Assembly (NCBI GenBank): GCA_030141605.1
Contig: JAQGDQ010000917.1
Span: 1-64,000 of the forward strand
DNA: 64,000 nt
Direction of reading: 5' to 3'
DNA from: Tubiluchus corallicola
Taxonomy: Eukaryota; Animalia; Priapulida
The position numbers and the translations under genes were made by a program. This document shows positions 1 through 13,029 of the stretch, piece by piece. Below the pieces are notes generated by a model. The model was not told where the DNA came from, searched no databases, and was given only the letters and a program-made list of their open reading frames with translations. Each line of letters opens with the position of its first letter. Position 1 is the first letter of the stretch.

Positions 1-137
1 CATCATTTACAAAAGCAACGTGGTCGACTCAATTACGGTCAAGTCACAAAGGAAAGTGGAGAAATAGAAAATACAATAGATATGAAACAAGACCAGCTGA
101 CTGCACTGACTAAAAACATCTTTTATTACATCTGCTC

Positions 138-354
138 ACACCTTTTTATTTCTTTTGTAGGTGCTGCCTATACTATACTAATGCAAGTAATCAAAATTAC
201 ACCTTTTTACTTTTTTGTAGGTGCTGCCACCTATACTAATGCAAGTAATCAAAATTACACCTTTTTACTTTTTTGTAGGTGCTGCTACCTATACTAATGC
301 GAGTCATCAAAATTACGTGTTTTTACTTTTTTGTAGGTGCTGCCACCTATACTA
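138..354. repeat. Tandem repeat, about 4 x 58 bp
   Basis: ttttgtaggtgctgc..ctatactaa recurs 4 times. Confidence 0.9.
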
Positions 355-707
355 AAGTAAATCATGAAACAGTAATGAATTTTAACTACTAACAGAGATA
401 CTGTTAGACAACAAAGCATTCTTCAAAAGAGGAAGTGTTTTGTCACGATAGTCTTACATAAGTGACATGTGAACGTAGTGGAAAAAACTCTTGACAAGTG
501 TAGACAACTCTTGGCAAACTCTTTACAAATATGGCAGCCAACGAAGCTAACATAGAAGTAACCATTTCACAATGTTTAACGTTTGTTAAGATAAAGGACC
601 CGCAGGCTTGTCAACCTCCATGAAGATTAGAGACAGGTCAGTGAGAGGTCAAGTGTAGAATCAGACTTTCCTTTTACTAAAATGTCCTTCTCTCACAAAT
701 GTGAACG

Positions 708-882
708 AGAGCTATACTCGAGTAATCGTACAAGAGCTATACTCGAGTAATCGTACAAGAGCTATACTCGAGTAATCGTACAAGAGCTATACTCGAGTAA
801 TCGTACAAGAGCTATACTCGAGTAATCGTACAAGAGCTATACTCGAGTAATCGTACAAGAGCTATACTCGAGTAATCGTACA
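708..882. repeat. Perfect 7 x 25 bp minisatellite downstream of the Rab3 stop
   Basis: agagctatactcgagtaatcgtaca x7. Confidence 0.97.
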
Positions 883-1327
883 TGAACTACAGACTTACAC
901 CTGGTGTTTTTAATGCTCCTAGTGTGTGAAAAATGTCATAATCCATAATAGAAAAAAATAAAAATTCGCTACCCAGTATTGAACACAGTACCTCCAGCCT
1001 GCCGATAAAATCTGGCAATGCTATACCGAGTTTAAGTTCCTTGGTTAGCAAAATTCAAACTGTTCTTTTTCAAATGAGTAATTACAGCTGCAACGACAAT
1101 AAAAATGCGCTAATTAATCACCTATTTTACCTTCCAGGACTTAAACCAAACGATTAACAGGTCGTTTAAATACTTTCGACTTTGGTTGTCTCTGCTGAAT
1201 AGGACACATCCCTGTAAGAAATCAGCAAGGACACATCCCTGTAAGAAATCAGCACAGCTTAACAACAAGTGGATGCAATGAAACCGGACAAAACAACAAA
1301 CAAACTTTGGCTAATAGATACGCACGA

Positions 1328-1640
1328 CTAACAGCCGCAGTTCGTGTTCTGCGGTACCGGATTTTCCGTGAGCCTAGTTCCCTTCGACGTGCTGACGATC
1401 GTCGGGTCGGAGTCGAGGCTCTCCGACATCTTGTCGCAGATGATGTCGACGAGTCGCTCGAACACCTGCTTGACGTTGATGTTCTCTTTGGCGGACGTCT
1501 CGAAGAACTCGATGCCGAGCTGATCGGAGAGTTGCTTGCCGCGTTCGTAGGAGATGACTCTCTCGTCCTCCATGTCACATTTGTTGCCTACTAGAATCAC
1601 CTGGGCGTTGTCCCATGAATATGTCTTTATCTGCGTCGAC
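1328..1640 (-). CDS. Rab3: Rab3 GTPase, last coding exon (..[31 protein letters not shown])
   Basis: GNKCD (G4) and ETSAK (G5) motifs and a C-terminal CxC prenylation site. Acceptor ttcgttcacag at 1641-1643, phase 2 matching the previous exon. Confidence 0.97.
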
Positions 1641-1671
1641 CTGTGAACGAAAGAGTTAAACAATAGATGAA

Positions 1672-2963
1672 GCGTCTTAGCTACAGCCGTCATGTGAGTA
1701 AAGCAAAGCTGTCTGCCGTGTCAGTTCAGTACGTGGACATTACCTAATTGCAGTTGCTGTAGGTCAAAGGTTAAGTGAACCGCAGCAATACTTCTTGGCT
1801 ACAACCGTCTTGTGAGTTAAGCAAAGCCATCTGCCGTGTCAATTCAGGAACTTAAGTTGTTTTACGTGGACATTACTTAATTGCAGTTGCTGTAGGTCAA
1901 AGGTTAAGTGAACCGCAGCAATACGTCTTAGCTACAACCGTCATGTGAGTAAAGCAAAGCCGTCTGATGTGTCAGTTCTGTACTTGGACATTACTTAATT
2001 GCAGTTGCTGTAGGTTAAAGGTTAAGTGAAACCCAGCAATACGTCTTAGCTACAGCCATCATGTGAGTAAAGCAAAGCCGTCTGATGTGTCAGTTCTGTA
2101 CTTGGACATTACTTAATTGCAGTTGCTGTAGGTTAAAGGTTAAGTGAAACCCAGCAATACGTCTTAGCTACAGCCATCATGTGAGTAAAGCAAAGCCGTC
2201 TGATGTGTCAGTTCTGTACTTGGACATTACTTAATTGCAGTTGCTGTAGGTTAAAGGTTAAGTGAAACCCAGCAATACGTCTTAGCTACAGCCATCATGT
2301 GAGTAAAGCAAAGCTGTCTGCCGTGTCAGTCCAGGAACTCAAGTTGTTTTACGTGGACATTACTTAATTGCAGTTGCTGTAGGTCAAAGGTTAAGTGAAC
2401 CCCAGCAATACGTCTTAGCTACAACCGTCACATGAGTAAAGCAAAGCCGTCTGCCGTGTCAGTTCAGGAACTAAAGTTGTTTTACGTGGACATTACTTAA
2501 TTGCAGTTGCTGTAGGTCAAAGGTTAAGTGAACCCCAGCAATACGTCTTAGCTACAACCGTCATGTGAGTAAAGCAAAGCCGTCTGCTGTGTCAATTCAG
2601 GAACTTAAGTTGTTTTACGTGGACATTACTTAATTGCAGTTGCTGTAGGTCAAAGGTTAAGTGAACCCCAGCAACACGTCTTAGCTGCAACCGTCATGTG
2701 AGTAAAGCAAAGCCATCTGCCGTGTCAGTTCAGGAACTTAAGTTGTTTTATGTGGACATTACTTAATTACGCATTAGTCTGTGCGTAGAGTGATTTAGTA
2801 GCAGGATGTTACTTGGGAACAAGAAAAGGTTCTAGCTAGCTTGTTACTGTTACAGCAGTACGGAGTGTGAAGCACTGCCAATTGTACACAAATGTGCTGG
2901 TCTGGCACACTTACCCTTTAACCTTTTCACGTTTACCCTCAATCTATGGAACTGTGAAAAGAT
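1672..2963 (-). mobile_element. MITE family A copy (reverse) with an internal tandem array of about 8 x 120-140 bp, just upstream of the last Rab3 acceptor
   Basis: Reverse-complement match to 21157-21544. Repeated gtaggtcaaaggttaagtgaac..gtaaagcaaagc units. Confidence 0.85.
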
Positions 2964-3340
2964 TTATTAGACACAAAAAAGTAGGAACTTCCATTGTTAT
3001 TGATTTGGCTAAGTGGTCGGACAGCAGTCATAAAACTGCACACGCTGTACCAGCTCAATTTATTACATGCTTTGCTCTGGTAGCCATTAATTTGCCAACA
3101 ATTTCATGTTTTAAAGGCAAACTGAAATTTATTACGTGTCTGGAAATGGCCAAAACCTCACGCGAGTCGTTACGATAAGTAACCACAAATTGATTTTGCG
3201 TGAAGCCAATGCGTTTATCAAAAACCACATCACAAAACCAACGTGTGCATTACCTGCACATATTGCATATGAAGTAATTTTAAGCACAGAGAAATGATGG
3301 GAATTTAAGTAAGCCATTTTTACGTATACTCGTATCATTC

Positions 3341-3676
3341 TTGCAGTAAATTATTTCATTAAAGGGAAAGTACCGCACTTTTGAGCAGTAAATTATTTCA
3401 TTAAAGGGAAAGTACCACACTTTTGTACAGTAAATTATTTCATTAAAGGGAAAGTACCGCACTTTTGTGCAGTAAGTTATTTCATTAAAGGGAAAGTACC
3501 GCACTTTTGTGCAGTAAATTATTTCATTAAAGGGAAAGTACCGCACTTTTGTGCAGTAAATTATTTCATTAAAGGGAAAGTACCGCACTTTTGTGCAGTA
3601 AATTATTTCCTTAAAGGGAAAGTAAAACACTTTTGTGCAGTAAATTATTTCATTAAAGGGAAAGTACCGCACTTTT
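3341..3676. repeat. 45-bp minisatellite, about 7.5 copies
   Basis: cagtaaattatttcattaaagggaaagtaccgcacttttgtg units. Confidence 0.95.
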
Positions 3677-3795
3677 TTGCATGGTCACAAATGGAAGAAT
3701 TCTCGACATTCCATGCAATTTTGTTCTTGTAATAAAATTGTCCTTTTAAAAAAATCATTTGAAAAAGATGAAAACCAATTTTGGCAGAGGCATTT

Positions 3796-4237
3796 GTGTG
3801 CTTGCAAACCAAAACCGTCCATAAGTCGGCATTATTAAAACCACATTATGATGCCTCAAAGTCTAATGTACCAAAAATTTCTTCAAATGTCGGTTTTTTT
3901 GTTTTTTAGAAAAGAAATGCTGAATATATTGGAGTTTTATACTGAATTTAAACATAACATTAATGTCTTTTGACAACCAACATTCGTACGATTGCTAAGT
4001 GTTTTGTAGAAATGCGACAAAAAACAATGGCTGACTTTAACAGTGATTTTCTCAAGATTATGTTTTTCAGTGTGCAGCCTGCACCTCAACTTCAATGTGG
4101 ATTATCTCAGCTTAGAAATAACATAGAGCAATGAACTTGATACCAAAATGATCCTCATGAAATAGAGATTCAGGATACGTGAACAACTAGAAAAGCTTAG
4201 TTGCCGACTTATGGACGATTTTACTATGGAAGCACAC
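3796..4237 (+). mobile_element. Sola1-like MITE (about 35-bp TIR, ATTT TSD); related reverse copy at about 25265-25875
   Basis: attt|gtgtgcttgcaaaccaaaaccgtccataagtcggca...tgccgacttatggacgattttactatggaagcacac|attt. An AWWT TSD is typical of Sola1. Confidence 0.7.
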
Positions 4238-4392
4238 ATTTCAAAAAATCAATATTTTATTATCAGTTTTTGTCTAAGGGATAGAGAACAGCGATGGTTT
4301 TCCTAACTACTCAAAATGCAAACTGAAATGAACTGAACAAAAAACCGACTTGATTCGATAGCCACTAGAAAAACAAAAGAACATGCTTCTCA

Positions 4393-4551
<159 letters not shown>

Positions 4552-4700
4552 CTAGATCACAATGGGAGAAACATTTTAGGATAGAGGTAACGGAAACTGT
4601 CCGTAGTTTTGGGACTTACAAATGCTATAGTTGACCAATTTGACAGATTTTCAGTTTTTATTTTTTTACTTGGTTCCAAGCAAGTCTAATAGCTACTTAA

Positions 4701-5247
4701 AGGAAGACAGGATGATTTTTCATATACTACCCCACTTTCAAGTACCCCACTATACGTTTTAACACAATTAATACTGCAAAGTGTTTCTGATAGTTAAACA
4801 ATAGATAAAAATCTTAATTAATGGTGGGCAAGCCCAACTACTGATGAGATCACAAACTAACATAATTTTCAACAGTAAAAATATTCCACGAGCGTGTTGC
4901 ACGTGTTTGTGAAAGAGAAAATTGAAGTGCGGCGCTACTGTAAGATATTCAGCGTGTTGTAGCAAAATTAGGCAAGTTTTAAGATAAAAATCCAAATTCA
5001 CCGCTGTCCTCGTGCATGAGCTGTCGAATGTGTGTAGTTCGTCACAAACTAACACATCTCAACTGAGAGGTACAGCACTCTGTTTTTTGCGCGACGCTTT
5101 ACGAAATGCAGGCGCTAGTACTCACGTAACTAGCAAATGGGAAAATGCACGTTACAGCGAAGAACTAGTGGCGCGAACGTGAAATTGTGTTTGTGTGGTA
5201 ATAATTCTTTCACGTAAGTCATTTTTGAAAAATATAGTATGTTTCCT
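4701..5247 (+). mobile_element. Kolobok-like non-autonomous element C (TTAA TSD); truncated copy at 62618-62815
   Basis: ttaa|aggaagaca...tgtttcct|ttaa, left end shared with 62618. Confidence 0.7.
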
Positions 5248-5787
5248 TTAAATATTTTAAAGAGCAGATTGTTTTGAGGTGCAGTTTAAGATTAGGTCCA
5301 GTTTTGCTTTACTTTATATAAGAAGTTACAGGAGGAAGGTGAAACTATGACACATGTCGAGGTGAAATTATGAAACATCAAGTGATATATATGCATATAG
5401 AAGGATTAAATATTGTCGAATTCAGCCCCCCCCCCCCCCAAAGAATACAACACGAGAGCGGAATGATGTTATTAAAGTAAGTTTTCATGTTTCCCATACG
5501 TAATGGCACTCGTAAAATTTTTGTGAAGCTAAATTATAATAACAATTGTTTTATGCACGCATAATTATTGATTATTTTCGCATTTAATAACCTTAGACTG
5601 AGCAAAAATTTAATCCATAAGTACATGATGAAATTACCAGTGCTGTCACGTTGTGGTCGCTCATTTTTCAACGGATTATAGACATTTGCTCAATAAACCG
5701 TTTCATTTTATAGTTACTTATGTCTAACTAACGCAAGACATTGAATATGACCTCCAAAATTGATTTGTTAGGTTAAATCATAAAATA

Positions 5788-6605
5788 AGCCTTTTTACAT
5801 ATCCCTCGATTGATGATGATCGTGAAAAGGTCAAAGGTTAAGTGTACCAGATATTACATTTGAATACACTTGACAACGCCTCGCAGCCAACGCTATTGTA
5901 ATAGTAACAGTTTTAACACCTAGCTAGAACCTTACCTAAGTCATTTTTTTCTTGTTGTTAAGCAATATCCTGCTAGTAAATCACTCTAATGCATAATTCA
6001 GCAAAGTCCACGTAAAACAATTGAAGTTACTGAACTGATGCGGCAGACAACTTTGCTCACTTTACGTTACCGACACGTAGCAAGATATCATACAGTTGGA
6101 CTAATAAAAAAGCTACATTATCCCCACTCCGTCCGAAGATGTTGTGTTAAGTGAAAACTGGACGATTGATTAGACTCAATCTTATTTTAATTTACTGTCT
6201 AAAATATACACTTTTACGCCTATAAAAGTTAGCAATTCTTTCTAATACTTGAATAATTACCTTGGAAAGTTAATTAATGACAACCAAACACAGGTATCTC
6301 TTACGTCACCAACTAAGCACAATTAGTGCAATGGTAGGCATCTTCCCTGCTCATCAAGCACGCCTTCGTAAGCAAAGATTGTTATAAGACGCTGATGTGA
6401 CGTCACGAAAATGAGCTGTACGTCACACTGAAGTCACAGACAAACTCTGCAGTTCATGATCATGCTTATCATGGTACAGCGCCTATTTGTCGGCCACGCG
6501 AATGTGAAAAAAAGACCCATTGCCAGTCTTAGTGGATTCACTGAGCAGCACGTAGCTTTGAAAGTTTAACAAAATTTAACTATCCGAGGCAATTATTATT
6601 TCACG
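5788..6605 (+). mobile_element. Composite: left part of MITE A, a linker, and TTAA-flanked element B
   Basis: The same order and linker recur at 19290-20020. Confidence 0.75.
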
Positions 6606-6951
6606 TAATCTAATCGTAACAAGTACCCAAAACGTCATTCGTCTTGTGCAGTGAGAAATGGCAGTTCTTAAAATTCAATATCAATAACAACGAACTGATA
6701 AAAAACCAAAAGAAACAAGTTTTGTAGTAAGTTTATAATAAAATAAATTTATAATAAGAGTAGGATTTGAAGTTGTAAAGCTTATAATATAGTGATAGTT
6801 TGGCTTGTAATTTAGATTTAAAAGCTGAATACATTCATGCTAGGGTTTGTGACATAATGGCATGAAAACTGGGAACACAGCTGCATTTCACTCATCTAAG
6901 ATTAATCATAAAAGAAATTTATAATTCGGGCGTCCGTTCACTTGTACTTAC

Positions 6952-7084
6952 CCAGATTTGTAATTTCACTCTTTTATCGTTCCTAAACACAGTTTTAACT
7001 TTAAAGTCGATTCCTACTGTGCTAACGAATGCCGATGTGAACGAATCGTCCGCGTATCGAAATAAAAACGACGTTTTGCCGACA
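6952..7084 (-). CDS. Rab3: Rab3 coding exon 2 ([45 protein letters not shown])
   Basis: P-loop and effector region typical of Rab3. ttttcag acceptor, gtaagt donor, 133 nt. Confidence 0.97.
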
Positions 7085-7819
7085 CTGAAAAGTAAAACAT
7101 GTAAAGTTTACTTGTACTGAATTTCTAACTACAATGATTGTGCATTTTCATGATCAGCATGCTTTTGTTTGGCAACTACAATGATTGTGCAGTTTCACAA
7201 TCAGCAAGCTTTTGCTTGGCAACTACAATGATTGTGCGCTTTCACAATCAGCAAGATTTTGTTTGGCAACTACAGTGACTGTGGAGGTCCCTCAGCTGCT
7301 GGAGGTCCCTGGACGGCAGCCCATACAGCCCCCTGCCTTAACCTAATGTGTTTGTGTGAGTCAGTTTTCATTTTAAGAGTTTATTTACAATCAGTTTCAT
7401 AAGTTCAAGAATTGTTGAAAAACACATCTTTTTAACCTAGCTAGGACGCTGATGCACGACGAAATCAACGAAATATAGGCCTCAGATTCTGTCTAATTAC
7501 CAGCTAGTAATGTTAATATTACAGTTCTGCAGTGACTATATACGTAGAAGCTAGTTGTCACAAACTGACACGTACAGTCAATCAATCTTCAACTGAAATA
7601 ACTCAGCATTTAAATTGACGCAAAACTTTCAATTGGTCATGAAACTAATCCTCACTGCACAATTTACAGTTTAGTTAGAGAAGACTGAAGGGACTGCATT
7701 GGGAGAAACTGTCTTCATTTCAAAATTTCTGCCAAGGTGACTGTGTGAACTACATCTACAGTAAGTTTCTCTCTGTCTGTGCCTGGCTTCTTTTGGAATA
7801 TCAATAAATGCATGAGCCA

Positions 7820-7872
7820 AATAATAATAATAATGATGATAATGATAATATATAATAATATTAATGATAATG

Positions 7873-7960
<88 letters not shown>

Positions 7961-8801
7961 TGATAATAATAATAATGATAATGATGATAATAATGATGAT
8001 GATGATAATGATGATGATGATGATGATAATGATAACATAACAACAACAACAACAACACCACCACCACCACCACCACCATCACCACCACCAACAACAACAA
8101 CAACAACAACACCAACACCACCATCACCACCACCAACAACAACAACACCAACACCAACACCACCATCACCAACAACACCACCTACACCAACAACACCAAC
8201 ACCACCAAGAACAACACCAACACCAACAACACCAACACCAACACCACCAACAACAACACCACCACCACCAACAACAACACCACCAACAACACAACCACCA
8301 ACAACAACACGACCACCACCACCAACACCAACACCACCAACAACAACACCACCACCAACAACAACAACACCACCAACAACACAAACACCAACAACAACAC
8401 GACCACCACCACCACCAACAACAACACCACCAACACCACAACCAACAACACAAACACCAACAACAACACCAACAACACCAACACCAACACCACCAACAAC
8501 AACACCAACACCACCAACAACAACACCAACAACAACAACAACAACAACAACACCAACAACACCAACAACAACACCAACAACAACAACAACAACACCACCA
8601 ACACCAACAACACCAACAACAACACCAACAACACCAACACCAACACCACCAACAACAACACCAACACCACCAACACCAACAACAACACCAACAACAACAA
8701 CAACAACAACACCACCACCACCACCAACAACAACAACAAACACCACAACCAACAACACAAACACCAACAACAACACCAACAACACCAACACCACCACCAC
8801 C

Positions 8802-8839
<38 letters not shown>

Positions 8840-8912
8840 CCACAACAACAACAACAACAACAACAACACCAACACCAACAACAACAACACCACCACCACC
8901 ACCACCACCACC

Positions 8913-8999
<87 letters not shown>

Positions 9000-9015
9000 A
9001 ATAATGATAATAATA
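7820..9015. repeat. Compound trinucleotide microsatellite (AAT/GAT, then ACA/CCA, then AAC/AAT)
   Basis: Direct reading. Confidence 0.97.
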
Positions 9016-9211
9016 AAAGTTTATTCAAAGTGTATAACAGTTTAACCTGTAACAGTTATATCGAAAGTGCTCAGTAATCAGTAATTACAAGCATAATGCA
9101 AACATGTAGTTGGCAAAAACTTTAGAACAGCTGTGAGAATGGTTGGAGCAAGTTCGATGCCGCGCTTGGACAATCTCCAGAGCTAAAGATAATAAAGATG
9201 GAAGAAAATAC

Positions 9212-9303
9212 CTGCTATTTCCAATGATAAGCAGTTTAAACATGTAATCAAAGTTTTGGTCAGCGGCATCTTTCTGCCACTTGTTGTCCTGCGTGGAAGC
9301 CAT
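9212..9303 (-). CDS. Rab3: Rab3 coding exon 1 ([30 protein letters not shown])
   Basis: Rab3-specific N-terminus [20 protein letters not shown]. The ATG directly follows an acceptor (tttactttgcag|ATG). The four exons total 657 nt, i.e. 218 aa plus stop. Confidence 0.96.
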
Positions 9304-10425
9304 CTGCAAAGTAAACAACGACAACGGTAACAACATCTGATCCAAGTAAACAACAACAACAACAACAACACTTCACCAATCACCCATACGTCTGTGAAAT
9401 AGCATGCAAATTTGCATTTATTAAACAATGAAGAACATTCAAGATACTAAGAGTACGATTATTTTGGGTAGTGTTACTGTTAATGTGTACAGAAGCGTAA
9501 CAAGGTTGGGGGTGGTAGAGGGGCAATTGCCCCCGAGACGCAAGGGTGAGAGGATGTAAAATTCTTCTGGAGTTCAATCACCGTTATTAATTAATTACTA
9601 ATCGAACATTAACAAAACAATTAACAAAAGTTTTCAAACTACAACAAAATTACCTAATCAGAGATCATTGTAGCTGATTTAATTACTACCTACAGCTTAG
9701 AAAAAATGCTAATGTTGTTTGTTAACTGCGTGTGTAGAGTGTCCATGTGGCTTAGCAGGTCGATAATTTTGGGAGGTCACGTTTCTCTAAATGCTGATTG
9801 TATTATTGTGAAAACCTGTAGTGTTCTGTATCTTTCATAATCTTTGCATGTTTTAATGCTGGAGCTGAATGTTTAATGACTGTCGTGTTATGAGCAATTT
9901 ATGCATAGAAAAGAGTTACTCTGCTGCAGTACCACAAATCAAACTCGGGGTGATTCTTAGAGAAAAGTTTGTTTATCTTTATCCCATCATGTCAACAAAG
10001 GAAAGCTGGGCCCAGGAAAGCAAACACGTGCTCAATTTGTGGTTTTGTCCACGAAACAAATGATCAAAACTTTTTAAAGGGGTAGGGCACCAGAAGTTTT
10101 TTGTCCCCGGGGCGCCACAAACACTTGCTATGTCACTGAGTACAAGAAGGCTCTTTCACATCAATACGGTAAGTGTGATTAGTAATAAGCTAAGAATAGA
10201 ACGAAATATTATTTTTATATGTGCTTAAACCGACAATGTAACACCTGCTAGAACTAACAGAATACTAGAGTTTTAACTAGAAAGAGAACAATAATTCACA
10301 AATACACATGAAAAACATATAAAGCTTTAACACTTAAGAAATGGAAAAATGAGACCCAGATCAAAATTGTGCGTTGCAGGACCTAAATTTTCATCGTTCT
10401 TGCTAGGCGACTGACTGACAGAATA

Positions 10426-11497
10426 AGCCTTTTCACAATTCCAGCGACTGATGCTGATCGTGAAAAGGTCAAAGGTTAACTGTACCATACCACACATTTG
10501 TGTACACTTGACAACGCCTCGCAGCCCATGCTACTGTAATAGTAACAGTTTTAACAGCTAGCTAGAACCTTACCTAGTTCATTTTTTCTTGTTCCCAAGT
10601 AACATCCTGGTAGTAAATCACTCTACACACAGAGTAATGTATAATTAAATAAATTCCACATAAAACAACTGATGCTACTGAATTGATACAGCAGACAGCC
10701 TTGCTTTACCCACACGTCATGTGGCGGTTGTACTTAACACGCTTTGTTGTGGTACACCTAGCTTTTAACCTACAGCAACTGCGCATGCGCACAACGAAAC
10801 TGTGAAAAGGCTTAATCAAGATACAGCAGACAGCCTTGCTTTACCCACACGTCGTGCGATGGTTGTACTTAAGACGTGTTGTTGTGGAACACCTAACTTT
10901 TAACCTACAGCAACTGCGCATGCGCACAACGAAACTGTGAAAAGGCTTAATCAAGATACAGCAGACAGCCTTGCTTTACCCACACGTCGTGCGATGGTTG
11001 TACTTAAGACGTGTTGTTGTGGAACACCTAACTTTTAACCTACAGCAACTGCGCATGCGCACAACGAAACTGTGAAAAGGCTTAATCAAGATACAGCAGA
11101 CAGCCTTGCTTTACCCACACGTCGTGCGATGGTTGTACTTAAGACGTGTTGTTGTGGAACACCTAACTTTTAACCTACAGCAGCTGCGCATGCGCACAAC
11201 GTAACTGTGAAAAGGCTTAATCAAGATACAGCAGACAGCCTTGCTTTACCCACACGTCGTGCGATGGTTGTACTTAAGACGCGTTGTTGTAGTACACCTA
11301 ACTTTTAACCTACAGCAACTGTGCATGCGCACAACGAAACTGTGAAAAGGCTTAATCAAGATACAGCAGACAGCCTTGCTTTACCCACACGTCGTGCGAT
11401 GGTTGTACTTAAGACGCGTTGTTGTAGTACACCTAGCTTTTAACCTACAGCAACTGTGCATGCGCACAACGAAACTGTGAAAAGGCTTCATCAAGAT
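10426..11497 (+). mobile_element. MITE family A copy whose right 135 bp (including TIR and flank) is tandemly repeated 6 times
   Basis: Unit starts (gatacagcag) at 10685, 10820, 10955, 11090, 11225 and 11360. Confidence 0.88.
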
Positions 11498-11907
11498 TCA
11501 AACTGATAACGTTACCAGTTACTTGCACGACAGAATGAAATAGCAGTGACTAAGTAATGATATTCTAGATTACCATTTCATAAATAATTCAGCTGATAAA
11601 ATGATCAATGGTGCCCATCTCAATGAACTGAACCTATTCAAGCCACCAATCCACATATATGCAACATCTCCCATTAACATAACAATTTATATACATTTTG
11701 GAGATGAAAATTCTAACATGGATTAAGATCTAGATGATAGATGACTGTTCAAGTTTGTTCAAGATGGCAGCTCTTGTTGCTCCCAATGGTCACATTAATG
11801 TTGCTAGTAAAGTGTGTGACAACTGCAGCTACAATGATATCATAGTAAAGGGCAACGTGACATGTATGCCTTCTTTCATGTTTCATTCATTAATTCAAGG
11901 TTAGAGC

Positions 11908-11962
11908 TTGTGTGTGTGTGTGTGTGTGTGTGAGCTTGTGTGTGTGTGTGTGTGTGGGCAGA

Positions 11963-12001
<39 letters not shown>

Positions 12002-12018
12002 GTGGGTGGGTGGGCGTG

Positions 12019-12054
<36 letters not shown>

Positions 12055-12408
12055 ATGTGTGCGTGTGTGTGTGCATGCGTATGNNNGTGTGGGCTCGTGT
12101 GTGCATGTGTGTGTGTGTGTGCATGTGTGCGTGTGTGTGTGTATGCGCATGTGTGTGTGGGCACGTGTGTGCATGTGTGTGTGCATGTGTGTGTGTGCAT
12201 GTGTGTGTGTGGGCTCGTGTGTGTGCATGTGTGTGTGTGTGTGTGCATGTGTGTGTGTGTGTGTGTGCATGCGTGTGTGTGGGCACGTGTGTGCATGTGT
12301 GTGTGCGTGCATGTATGTGTGTGCATGTGTCTGTGCATATGCGTGTGTGTGATGGTGTATATGTGTGTGCGTGTGTGCTCATGCATATGTGTGATGGGGG
12401 ACGGTGCA

Positions 12409-12442
<34 letters not shown>

Positions 12443-12458
12443 TGTGTGTGTATGTGTG
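11908..12458. repeat. Complex (GT)n/GTGCAT microsatellite with an NNN gap at 12084-12086
   Basis: Direct reading. Confidence 0.97.
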
Positions 12459-13029
12459 TTTTGGGATGCTTTCCTGCATATTCATAATAGAAACGGGAAA
12501 ATACAAAAGCTTATGGACTACCTGTCTCATTAAGCGGAGAGCACTTTCAAACGTGGTTACGACATCTTAACCAAAACATTATTTCATGCAGCAGATTTGT
12601 TTTGATAATTAACAGAGTTCGAGTTCTGCCACAACCATCTACGTTAACTAGGCCCTGTTGTCGAGTGAAAGCAGCAAACTGCATTTATAAAGTGAGATTT
12701 AGGACACAACATGAGCATGAACAACAGCATGGCGGTGTTAACAGTGAATACCTAAATGATTGTGACAAGGATAAAGTAAGCGGTTCCTGGATGAGAATAA
12801 TAATTATCCTCATCCGATGGCATGCTTCCTGCTGTCAGTGATTAGATGATTCTTAGTGGCACATGGAACTGCATTACATAAGTACAATGTATACAAACGA
12901 ACTGTTACGTGTAGATATACAAGTATGAGAAGTACATGTGCTTGTTACACGAAGTTACACATACATGGAATACTAGTTACACAAAGTTTTGGGTACATAA
13001 ACTACTAGTAACATGAAATTAGAAATACA

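Noticed and set aside
708-882. CRISPR-like 25-bp repeats
   Set aside because: No spacers, no cas genes and a eukaryotic context; a plain minisatellite.
1249-1594. ORFs overlapping the last Rab3 exon in other frames or on the other strand
   Set aside because: Shadow ORFs of a GC-rich coding exon.
7715-9077. Long poly-L/V/T/P/C ORFs resembling mucin or extensin
   Set aside because: Pure trinucleotide microsatellite within a Rab3 intron, open in several frames on both strands.
11876-12570. His-Thr and Cys-Val rich ORFs
   Set aside because: (GT)n microsatellite artefact that includes an assembly gap.
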